From: Rhodobacterales bacterium
GTDB lineage: Bacteria; Pseudomonadota; Alphaproteobacteria; Rhodobacterales; Rhodobacteraceae
Reading direction: 5' to 3'
Assembly: GCA_038323315.1 (NCBI GenBank)
Contig: JBBQGU010000001.1
Location: 1 to 37,404 of the forward strand
DNA length: 37,404 bases
The notes under the pieces are model-generated. The model saw nothing but the letters and a program-made list of their open reading frames with translations. It made no database searches and was not told where the DNA came from. Positions 27,011 through 34,997 of the stretch are shown piece by piece. The first letter of the stretch is position 1. Each line of letters starts with the position of its first letter. The translations under genes were made by a program, and so were the position numbers.

Positions 27011-27085
27011 ATGAGCAGCATCATCTATCTTGTCGGCTTGGTCGTCATCGTACTCGCCGTCCTTTCCCTTATCGGACTGCGGTGA
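27011..27085 (+). CDS. 24-aa single-pass membrane microprotein MSSIIYLVGLVVIVLAVLSLIGLR (not in ORF track)
   Basis: Translated by hand; GAGGT RBS, directly after perfect EcfG-type promoter, 7 bp before next ATG. Confidence 0.8.
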   Translation: MSSIIYLVGLVVIVLAVLSLIGLR

Positions 27086-27092
27086 GGTCGGC

Positions 27093-28061
27093 ATGGAAAA
27101 TCGTGAAAATATGGTTCCCCCGGGTTCCAGGATGACCGACGTGGCGACCGACCGGTCTTATGTCGATTGGGCGGCAATTGCCGGCGGTGGCGTGGTTGCA
27201 GTGGCCATTGGCCTGCTGGCAAGTGGATTTGGCGCAGCCTTGGGCCTGACCGCCATATCAGCGGATGAGGGTGAGGGATCGGGCTTGTTGGCATTGGTCC
27301 TGTCAGGCGTCTGGATCGCGGTCAGCATGGTTGCCGCTTATGCAACGGGTGGCTATGTCGCCGGGCGGATGCGTCGCCGGGTGGATGGGGCTGCAACGTC
27401 CGAAGTCACCGTCCGCGACGGTATGAACGGTTTGATCGTCTGGGGCGTCGGCGTTCTGTTGAGCGCGATGGTTCTGGGTTCGGTGATCGGAACCACGGTG
27501 TCTGCGGTCGGCAATGTCGCAGCAGGCGTTGGCAAAGCGGCGGTGGACGTGGCTTCGGGTGCCGCTTCTGGTGCGATGAATGCAGCGGGTGCCATGGTGC
27601 CGGACGCGGTCAAGGCTGATCCGATGGCGTTTGTCACCAACAGCATGCTGCGGCCTGCATCAGTCACGCCGGGTGAGGGTAATGATGGCACGACGGCTGA
27701 TGCCGCGTCCGTGCTGGGCAATCTGGCCACGACGGGCGAGATATCCGACCCCGATCGCGCCTATCTGGTGCAATTGACCACGGCCCGCACCGGCCTGACC
27801 GAAGCCGAGGCCACCGCCCGGGTAGATGCCGCAATCAAGTCAACCCAAGACGCACGCGACGCCGCAGCCAAACTTGCCGCCGACGCCGAAGAAGCGGCAC
27901 GCAATGCGGCCGAGACGGCGCGGATCAGCGCCATTCTGACGGCGTTCCTGCTGACTGCCATGGCGCTGGTTTCTGCCGTCGCCGCTTATGTCGCGGCAGT
28001 CAAGGGTGGGCGCCACCGTGACGATGGGCGTGTCTTTGGCGGTTTTGCCTATACGCGGTAA
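27093..28061 (+). CDS. Ala/Gly-rich multi-pass membrane protein, stress-associated hypothetical
   Basis: SYVDWAAIAGG, GGYVAGRMR, VRDGMNGLIVWG, DRAYL..L..RTGL, GGRHRD; GAGGT RBS. Confidence 0.8.
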   Translation: MENRENMVPPGSRMTDVATDRSYVDWAAIAGGGVVAVAIGLLASGFGAALGLTAISADEGEGSGLLALVLSGVWIAVSMVAAYATGGYVAGRMRRRVDGAATSEVTVRDGMNGLIVWGVGVLLSAMVLGSVIGTTVSAVGNVAAGVGKAAVDVASGAASGAMNAAGAMVPDAVKADPMAFVTNSMLRPASVTPGEGNDGTTADAASVLGNLATTGEISDPDRAYLVQLTTARTGLTEAEATARVDAAIKSTQDARDAAAKLAADAEEAARNAAETARISAILTAFLLTAMALVSAVAAYVAAVKGGRHRDDGRVFGGFAYTR

Positions 28062-28087
28062 CCCGCTTTTAAATGACACACGGCAAT

Positions 28088-28120
28088 GGGGCGTCCCGGA
28101 TCGGGACGCCCCCTTTTTTT
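28088..28120 (+). terminator. Rho-independent terminator
   Basis: GGGGCGTCCCG-gat-CGGGACGCCCC then C and T7. Confidence 0.9.
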
Positions 28121-28156
28121 ATCCAGTACGTTCGTTTATTTTAAGACGCTGATCGG

Positions 28157-28181
28157 GGAACAACTTGACGGCTGTTTTGTT
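28157..28181 (+). promoter_or_regulatory. EcfG-type promoter
   Basis: GGAAC-N16-TGTT, 31 nt before ATG 28213. Confidence 0.7.
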
Positions 28182-28212
28182 GAACGGGGTGAAACATGAC
28201 AGGAGCAAATCG

Positions 28213-28641
28213 ATGAACGACATGATGCAAAATTCTGAGGGTTTGGACAGCTTGGCCTCCCTTCATGGATTGACCCTCGATAATCTGACAGGCTTTGACA
28301 AAATGGTTGAAAAAGCCGAACCTGAGTTTCGGGAAACTGCCCAGGCCTTTCAAGCACTGCATAGCCGGCATGCTGCTGCATTGGCACAGATGCTGGCCCG
28401 GTTTGGCCGCGATCCCGAACAGGATGGGTCGTTGATGGGGACCATGAACCGCGTCGTCGTCAGCATGCGGTCCATGGTGGACGAGATTGATCAGGATACG
28501 ATGAAAAATATCCGCACCGGCGAACAGTTTGTGCTGGACGCCTTTGACAAGGCGATCTCCAGCGATCTGTCGGCAGATGTGGTTGAACAACTGGTCACGC
28601 GCAAAGCCGAGTTGACGGCCCTTTTGGCCGCCAAATCGTAA
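28213..28641 (+). CDS. PA2169/DUF2383-like four-helix-bundle protein
   Basis: D...GF....EKA, H.RHA..L, G..P..DGS.MG...R, GE...L.AFD.AI; AGGAG RBS. Confidence 0.75.
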   Translation: MNDMMQNSEGLDSLASLHGLTLDNLTGFDKMVEKAEPEFRETAQAFQALHSRHAAALAQMLARFGRDPEQDGSLMGTMNRVVVSMRSMVDEIDQDTMKNIRTGEQFVLDAFDKAISSDLSADVVEQLVTRKAELTALLAAKS

Positions 28642-28649
28642 CCTTCAGG

Positions 28650-29771
28650 TCAGACTTTGCCGTGGTCCAGAAAAAACCGCAGCATGTGACGTGACGCGTC
28701 TGGTCCGGTTGGGTCGGTGTAACTGCCCGCAGCCGACCCGCCGGACCAGGCATGGCCAGCACCCTCGACCTCCCAAAGCTCTGCGATGGTTCGGTCGGTG
28801 CTGGTGCGGTACTGCGTGCGCTTTGCCTGGCGCATCCCGGATGACTTAACGAATTCAGTGCTCTTTCGGACCCCCGCGACCCGACCGACCATCTGATCAA
28901 TGACGGCACGCCCGTTGTCAGGTTTGACCGTGGAGTCGGCCAGTCCGTGAAAAACGATGGTGGGCACTGCCTTGGCGATCGTCTTGCCGCGCGCGCCGTT
29001 CCGCATGGCGGCGAAGGCCGAAGGCACGTCTTGCGCGGCACCTACGGCCAGCCCGGAATGCACGCCGATTGCGCTGAAAATCTCGGGATAGGCGCAGCCG
29101 GTGATCAGCGCGGCAGCACCGCCTGCCGACAGACCCGCCACGAAAACACTGGCCGGATCGATCGCAAAATCCCTCAGTATATCGCGCGTCAGACCGGCGA
29201 TGACCGCCGGCTCGCCGGTGCCGCTGGCCTGATCTTCCGGGCGGTACCAATTCCAGCACTTTTGGGCATTGGCGCCGGACGGCTGGCCGGGATAGGCGAT
29301 GACACAGCCAAATTCCTCGGCCAGCACATTCATGGCGGTGCCGGCCGCGAAATCCTCGGGTGTCTGGGTGCAGCCGTGCAGCATGATGACCAGCGGCATC
29401 CTCGCTGCACGGTTGGCCGGCAGATATAATCGGTACGTCCGGGTGCCATGGGGACCGACATGGGTCAACGACCGGAATTCGGCCCCCTGCGGCAGGGTGG
29501 CATCTTTGGTTCCGCCAAAGCCGGACGCAGGCATTCCGCCAGCCGCGATCTTGCGCAGGGTTTCGCTCAGTTTCGTGCGCTGTGCGGATGGTTTTCGGGG
29601 TGGCACCTCAGGCTCGTTCAGCCGTGTAAAGGTACCGTCGATGGCGTCGTCGGGGATCGGCGCAGCCCGACCGGACAGCCTTGATTGTATCAGGGCGGTC
29701 GCCTCGGTCAGCTTGCCAGACCGGGTCAGATGGGTGGCTTGACCGATGATATCGGCGAATGATTTTGTCAT
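28650..29771 (-). CDS. PHB depolymerase family esterase (LpqC-like alpha/beta hydrolase)
   Basis: MLHGCTQ, CWNW, GLSAGG nucleophile elbow, FHGLAD, GHAWSGG. Confidence 0.92.
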   Translation of the reverse strand: MTKSFADIIGQATHLTRSGKLTEATALIQSRLSGRAAPIPDDAIDGTFTRLNEPEVPPRKPSAQRTKLSETLRKIAAGGMPASGFGGTKDATLPQGAEFRSLTHVGPHGTRTYRLYLPANRAARMPLVIMLHGCTQTPEDFAAGTAMNVLAEEFGCVIAYPGQPSGANAQKCWNWYRPEDQASGTGEPAVIAGLTRDILRDFAIDPASVFVAGLSAGGAAALITGCAYPEIFSAIGVHSGLAVGAAQDVPSAFAAMRNGARGKTIAKAVPTIVFHGLADSTVKPDNGRAVIDQMVGRVAGVRKSTEFVKSSGMRQAKRTQYRTSTDRTIAELWEVEGAGHAWSGGSAAGSYTDPTGPDASRHMLRFFLDHGKV

Positions 29772-29824
29772 CTTGGGCTTTCTGATATGAAGGGTCTGTC
29801 AGTGTTAAGAAATGGCGTGAACGG

Positions 29825-30220
29825 TCAGGCGATCCGGTCCGCAAGCGCTGCCTTGACCGCATCGCTGGCCTGTAACGCCCCCAGAACGGTGATTGCGACT
29901 ATCGTGTCGCGCGCCAGATCGGGCGGCACATCAGGCGCGATCACGGCCAGTCCCAGAACCCTGATGTCCAGCATCTGCCCCGCCACCTGCGCCGCCCGCA
30001 GTTCGGCCAGGGTCACATGCCGCACCCCAAGATCAACGCTCTTGCGCAGGATGGCTTTGGTGACGGCCTCGGAATGCCGGTCGATCTGGTTGCGGATGGC
30101 GGTGCGGATAAAGTCGCTGCGGTTGGCATAGAACCCTTCCTGCACCAGAAGTTCGATGTGACCCAGATCGACGAAGCCGAGATTGATGGTCAGCTTCTCG
30201 GAGTCTGCAGGTTTGATCAT
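29825..30220 (-). CDS. CopG/ribbon-helix-helix transcriptional regulator
   Basis: EKLTINLGFVDLG.IELLV.EGFYANRSDFIRTAIRNQ. Confidence 0.9.
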   Translation of the reverse strand: MIKPADSEKLTINLGFVDLGHIELLVQEGFYANRSDFIRTAIRNQIDRHSEAVTKAILRKSVDLGVRHVTLAELRAAQVAGQMLDIRVLGLAVIAPDVPPDLARDTIVAITVLGALQASDAVKAALADRIA

Positions 30221-30230
30221 TTGGCTTTTA

Positions 30231-30255
30231 CATCCACACACCATCTGTGTGGATG
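30231..30255. promoter_or_regulatory. Inverted repeat, probable CopG autoregulatory operator
   Basis: CATCCACACA-ccatc-TGTGTGGATG, 10 nt upstream of the CopG start. Confidence 0.6.
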
Positions 30256-30374
30256 GTATAAAGCAGATTAAAGAAGGGCGATAGCAGAATATCAAGGCTT
30301 GTTTTGAAAAGTGCGCGCCGCTCCACCGTGACGGCATGAGGGGGCACATGGAACCCGGCCGCCTCGAAACAAGG

Positions 30375-30665
30375 TCAATCGACATGCTCGGGAAGTTCCC
30401 TGGCCTGATCTTTGGTCAAAACGGTGGTGGCGAACACAATGCCATCCTCGTCGCGCACAAAGGTCAGTTGCCGCCCGTACAGGGCGACACGTTTGGACCC
30501 AAATCCAAGAAAACCGCCGACATCCACCACGATGATATCGCCTTCTTCGCTGTTACGGACATGGGTGATCTGACCGACCTTGGCGTCATCGCGACCATAA
30601 ACGTCGGCGTCGGTCAGATCGTTGGTGTCCAACGGGGCACCATCAAGCAGGAAGTGGTTCGACAT
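30375..30665 (-). CDS. PRC-barrel domain protein
   Basis: L..ADVYGRDD.KVG.I, VVDVGGFLGFGSKRVA, TKDQ..ELPE; AAGGAG RBS. Confidence 0.88.
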   Translation of the reverse strand: MSNHFLLDGAPLDTNDLTDADVYGRDDAKVGQITHVRNSEEGDIIVVDVGGFLGFGSKRVALYGRQLTFVRDEDGIVFATTVLTKDQARELPEHVD

Positions 30666-30704
30666 GTGTCTCTCCTTACACGTCATCATCGGATTGTGCT
30701 GGAA

Positions 30705-30730
30705 AACGCCAATGGGCGGCACCCTGTTCC
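30705..30730 (-). promoter_or_regulatory. EcfG-type promoter for PRC-barrel gene
   Basis: GGAAC-N17-CGTT on minus strand. Confidence 0.7.
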
Positions 30731-30990
30731 CGAATGCATGGAATTATCGCCAATCATGACGGGCTGATCCTGGGTCAGTTGATCCAGGAACCTGCCACGC
30801 AGGTTGTGGCAGCGTGCAGATGAACCGTCTCGACTGCAACCGACCCAAGCCGCGTTGCCGAAAATCTGTGTCCCGAAAAATCTGCCGTCCGAACACCGTG
30901 TCGCTGCGTCAAAAGTCAGGCACTCCGCGCCGACCTAGATCCGCCCGCGAAAAAATCACGCTTGCGACCAAAACCCGGTCCTAAAAGCCT

Positions 30991-31025
30991 CCCCTCCCCC
31001 CATGGGAGAGGGGCAGGGTCAGGGG
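30991..31025. repeat. REP-like extragenic palindrome downstream of uvrD
   Basis: CCCCTCCCCC-cat-GGGAGAGGGG followed by CAGGGTCAGGGG, resembling the common proteobacterial CCCTCTCCC..GGGAGAGGG element. Confidence 0.55.
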
Positions 31026-31041
31026 TCGCGACCACCGCGGG

Positions 31042-33408
31042 TCAGAATGGCACGTCGTCCACCTGCTGCGCCGGGATGACCCAGCGCGCCACGATCTTCT
31101 TGGGGCCCGCCAGATCGAACTCGATCTCCAGCTTGTCGCCCTCGACCCCCATGACCTCGCCATAGCCGAACTTCTGGTGGAACACCCTGTCACCAAGGTC
31201 ATAGGCTGCATTGGCCACCGCATCGATCACCAGCCCCGCCGCCTCGCGCGGTTGGTTGATGCCATGGCTGCCCGGTCGCGTCGTTTTTTCCTGCAGGCGC
31301 CGCCAGCCGGGCGAGTTGTAGACATCCGCCTTGCTGACCCGTTCCTCCAGCGCAGACCCGAACGTCGACGCCGCGCCATAGCCGCCGCCATACAGCCCCG
31401 GCGGCGTCAGCACATCGACATGGGCGCTGGGCAATTCGTCGATGAACCGGCTTGGCATCTGGCTTTGCCACTGGCCATAGACCCGGCGGTTGGAGGCAAA
31501 GGAGATTGTGCACAGCCGTTCCGCCCGGGTGATCCCGACATAGGCCAGCCGACGCTCCTCCTCCAACCCCTTCTTGCCGCTTTCGTCCATGCTGCGTTGG
31601 CTGGGGAACAACCCCTCCTCCCAGCCCGGCAGAAAGACGGCGGGAAATTCCAGGCCCTTGGCCGCGTGCAGGGTCATGATGCTGACCTTTTCCTGCGCCT
31701 CCTCGGTCTCGTTGTCCATGATCAGGCTGACATGTTCCAGAAAGCCCTGCAAATTCTCGAACTGTTCCAGAGCCTTGACCAGTTCCTTTAGGTTCTCCAG
31801 CCGCCCGGGTGCCTCGGGCGTCTTGTCGTTTACCCACATCTCGGTATAGCCCGACTCCTCCAGAATGGTCTCGGCCAGACGGACATGGTCGTAATTGTTC
31901 ACCAACGTCGCCGCGTGCCAACGGTCCACTCCGTCCACAAAGCCGCGCAACTGGCCAGCCCCTTTGCCGCCGATGCCGCCCCGCGCCAGCGTCTCGCGCG
32001 CGCCTTCCAGCAAGGGCACGCCAGACCCGCGCGCCACCCGCTGCACATCGGCCTGCGCCTTGTCGCCCAAGCCCCGCTTTGGCGTGTTGATCACCCGTTC
32101 GAAGGCCAGATCATCTGATGGCGAAACGGCCAGCCGGAAATAGGCCATCGCGTCGCGGACCTCTTGCCGTTCATAGAACCGTGGGCCGCCGATGACGCGG
32201 TACGGCAGGCCGATGGTCAGAAACCGATCCTCGAAGGCCCGCATCTGATGGCTGGCCCTGACCAGAATGGCGATCCCGTCCAGACCCACCTGCCCCACGG
32301 GCCGCGCGCCACGTTGCAGGGCCTCGACCTCGTCGCCGATCCAGCGTGCCTCCTCCTCGCCGTCCCAATGGCCGATCAGACGGACCTTCTCGCCCTTGGT
32401 CTCCTCGGTCCACAGCGTCTTGCCCAAGCGGCCCGCATTGGCCGAGATCACCCCCGATGCCGCCGCAAGGATATGCGGGGTCGAGCGGTAGTTCTGCTCC
32501 AGCCGCACCACGACGGCGCCCGGAAAATCCTTGTCGAACCGCAGGATGTTGCCGACCTCGGCCCCGCGCCAGCCATAGATCGACTGGTCGTCATCGCCCA
32601 CGCAACAGATGTTCTTGTGCGCCTGCGCCAGCAGCCGCAGCCACAGATATTGCGCGATATTGGTATCCTGATACTCGTCCACCAGAATATACCGGAACCA
32701 CCGCTGATATTGCGCCAGCACATCGTCATGCTTTTGAAAGATCACGACGCAGTACAGCAGCAGATCGCCAAAATCGACCGCGTTCAGCGTGCGCAACCGC
32801 GCCTGATAGGCCTCGTAAAGTTCGGTGCCCCGGTTGTTGTACCCCGACGCCTCGGAGGACGGCACCTTGTCCGGCGTCATGGCCCGGTTCTTCCATCCGT
32901 CGATCATGCTGGCCAGCATCCGCGCAGGCCACCGCTTTTCATCGATATTCGCCGCAGCGATCAACTGTTTCAGCAGCCGGATCTGATCATCCGTGTCCAG
33001 AATGGTGAAGTTGCTTTTCAACCCCACCAATTCCGCGTGACGCCGTAAAATCTTGGCCGACAGTGAGTGGAACGTGCCCATCCAGGCCATCCCCTCGGCC
33101 GCATCGCCCAGCAACCGCGCCACCCGCAGCTTCATCTCGCGCGCGGCCTTGTTGGTGAAGGTCACCGACAGGATCTCATTCGGCCTGGCCCGCCCCATCG
33201 CCAGCAGATGCACGATGCGGGAGGTCAGTGCCTTGGTTTTACCCGTGCCCGCACCGGCCAGCATCAGCACCGGCCCATCCAGTGCCTCGACCGCCTGCCG
33301 CTGTGCGGGGTTCAGGTCATCCAGATAGGGCCGAGGCCGCGCGGCCATCGCACGCTGGCTCAGCGGCACCGCCGCCTCGAATGCTTCGCTTTCTTCCCAG
33401 CCGCTCAT
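31042..33408 (-). CDS. uvrD: UvrD/PcrA family ATP-dependent DNA helicase
   Basis: AGAGTGKT, TFTNKAA, VDEYQD, VGDDDQSIYGWRGA, LEQNYRS, TLHAAKGLEF, EERRLAYVGITRA, C-terminal RVFHQKFGYG domain. Confidence 0.96.
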   Translation of the reverse strand: MSGWEESEAFEAAVPLSQRAMAARPRPYLDDLNPAQRQAVEALDGPVLMLAGAGTGKTKALTSRIVHLLAMGRARPNEILSVTFTNKAAREMKLRVARLLGDAAEGMAWMGTFHSLSAKILRRHAELVGLKSNFTILDTDDQIRLLKQLIAAANIDEKRWPARMLASMIDGWKNRAMTPDKVPSSEASGYNNRGTELYEAYQARLRTLNAVDFGDLLLYCVVIFQKHDDVLAQYQRWFRYILVDEYQDTNIAQYLWLRLLAQAHKNICCVGDDDQSIYGWRGAEVGNILRFDKDFPGAVVVRLEQNYRSTPHILAAASGVISANAGRLGKTLWTEETKGEKVRLIGHWDGEEEARWIGDEVEALQRGARPVGQVGLDGIAILVRASHQMRAFEDRFLTIGLPYRVIGGPRFYERQEVRDAMAYFRLAVSPSDDLAFERVINTPKRGLGDKAQADVQRVARGSGVPLLEGARETLARGGIGGKGAGQLRGFVDGVDRWHAATLVNNYDHVRLAETILEESGYTEMWVNDKTPEAPGRLENLKELVKALEQFENLQGFLEHVSLIMDNETEEAQEKVSIMTLHAAKGLEFPAVFLPGWEEGLFPSQRSMDESGKKGLEEERRLAYVGITRAERLCTISFASNRRVYGQWQSQMPSRFIDELPSAHVDVLTPPGLYGGGYGAASTFGSALEERVSKADVYNSPGWRRLQEKTTRPGSHGINQPREAAGLVIDAVANAAYDLGDRVFHQKFGYGEVMGVEGDKLEIEFDLAGPKKIVARWVIPAQQVDDVPF

Positions 33409-33448
33409 TGCGGTAGCATAGCCCAAGCCGTGCCGCAGGGAAAGCGCC

Positions 33449-33463
33449 GTTCTTCATATGTTC
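33449..33463. promoter_or_regulatory. Alphaproteobacterial LexA (SOS) box upstream of uvrD
   Basis: GTTC-ttcatat-GTTC (GTTC-N7-GTTC), 40 nt upstream of ATG. Confidence 0.85.
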
Positions 33464-33506
33464 GCAAGATTGCCGATGTCAGGATTGGCAAACCGCCCTT
33501 CCCGGA

Positions 33507-34844
33507 TCAGATGCCGTCGTAAATCGCGGCGATCTTGGCGACGGCTGCTTCCGGCGTCATCTCTTCGGACACGCCTGTTCGGCGCGAGGTGACCTCGACC
33601 ACCCCATTCGCCAGCCCGCGCGGGCCGACCGTGATCCGCCACGGCAAGCCTATCAGATCCATCGTGGCGAACTTCGCCCCGGCGCGGTCGTCGCGGTCGT
33701 CATACAGCGCCTCCAGTCCGCAGAGGGCCAGCGCCTTATACAGCCCCTCGCAGGCGGCATCTGCCCCGGCATCGCCTTGCTTCAGGTTCACGATCCCAAC
33801 CGGGAAAGGCGTGACGCCTTCAGGCCAGATGATCCCCTTGTCGTCATGCGACGCCTCGATGATCGCACCCAGCAGGCGCGAGACGCCGATGCCGTGCGAC
33901 CCCATCTCGACCGGAACTTTGGACCCGTCCGGCGTCACCACCGTGGCCCCCATGCTTTCGGAATACTTGGTGCCGAAATAGAAGATCTGCCCGACCTCGA
34001 TCCCCCGCGCGACCTTGCGGCGCTCTTCGGGGATGGCGTCGAACAGGGCGGGGTCGTGGGTTTCATCGGTGCGGGCGTAAAGGGTTGTAAACTCCTGACA
34101 GACCGCAGCCACCGCCGCCCGGTCGTCGTAGTCGACGGCCCGGTTGCCCAGCTTCAACTCGGTCACGGCGCTGTCAAAAAACACCTCCGACTCGCCTGTC
34201 GCGGCCAGCACCAGAAATTCATGCGTGTTGTCGCCGCCGATCGGGCCAGAGGCAGCGCGCATCGGTATGGCGGTCAGCCCCATCCGTTCGTAAGTGCGCA
34301 GATAGCTGACCATGTGGCGGTTATAGGCGTGCAGCGCGGCATCGCGGTCGACGTCGAAGTTATAGCCGTCCTTCATCAAGAACTCGCGCCCGCGCATCAC
34401 ACCGAAGCGGGGCCGCATCTCGTCGCGAAACTTCCACTGGATATGGTACAGCGTCAAAGGCAGGCTTTTATAGCTGGTGACATGGGCGCGGAAGATGTCG
34501 GTGATCATCTCCTCGTTGGTCGGCCCGTAAAGTAAATCGCGCCCGCCGCGATCCTTGATCCGCAGCATTTCTTCGCCGTAATCGTCGTAGCGCCCGGATT
34601 CACGCCACAGGTCGGCAGGCTGCAAGGTCGGCATCAGCAGGGGGATATGGCCCGCCCGCTCCTGCTCCTGATTCACGATCGCCTCGATCCGCCGCAGCAC
34701 CCGCAGACCCAGGGGCAGCCACGAATAGATGCCCGCCGCCTGCTGTTTGATCATGCCCGCCCGCAGCATATAGCGGTGCGACACGATCTGCGCCTCGGCC
34801 GGGTTTTCCTTGAGTACGGGCAGAAAGTAGCGGGTCAGACGCAT
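33507..34844 (-). CDS. proS: Proline-tRNA ligase (short form without editing insertion)
   Basis: [45 protein letters not shown]; ~445 aa. Confidence 0.97.
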   Translation of the reverse strand: MRLTRYFLPVLKENPAEAQIVSHRYMLRAGMIKQQAAGIYSWLPLGLRVLRRIEAIVNQEQERAGHIPLLMPTLQPADLWRESGRYDDYGEEMLRIKDRGGRDLLYGPTNEEMITDIFRAHVTSYKSLPLTLYHIQWKFRDEMRPRFGVMRGREFLMKDGYNFDVDRDAALHAYNRHMVSYLRTYERMGLTAIPMRAASGPIGGDNTHEFLVLAATGESEVFFDSAVTELKLGNRAVDYDDRAAVAAVCQEFTTLYARTDETHDPALFDAIPEERRKVARGIEVGQIFYFGTKYSESMGATVVTPDGSKVPVEMGSHGIGVSRLLGAIIEASHDDKGIIWPEGVTPFPVGIVNLKQGDAGADAACEGLYKALALCGLEALYDDRDDRAGAKFATMDLIGLPWRITVGPRGLANGVVEVTSRRTGVSEEMTPEAAVAKIAAIYDGI

Positions 34845-34918
34845 GGCGGGCCTCTTTGCAACGGTTTTCCCGTTCCTAGCGGGTTGGGCGGGGCCAAGCA
34901 AGAGAGCGGGGCGATAAG

Positions 34919-34944
34919 GTAAAACGCGGTTAAACCTATCTAAA
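34919..34944. promoter_or_regulatory. Tandem CtrA-like boxes upstream of the chemoreceptor
   Basis: GTAA-N7-TTAA-N7-TAAA vs consensus TTAA-N7-TTAA. Confidence 0.5.
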
Positions 34945-34997
34945 TCTATTGGGGGCAGGTTGGCGGAGGGAAATCAGGCTGTCACAAAGGTTGCCAC

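Noticed and set aside
30820-30984. 54-aa basic ORF MNRLDCNRPK...
   Set aside because: No RBS, no promoter motif at correct spacing, composition looks non-coding
21240-31040. Integrative mobile element or prophage
   Set aside because: No integrase, transposase, tRNA target, phage genes or flanking direct repeats detected
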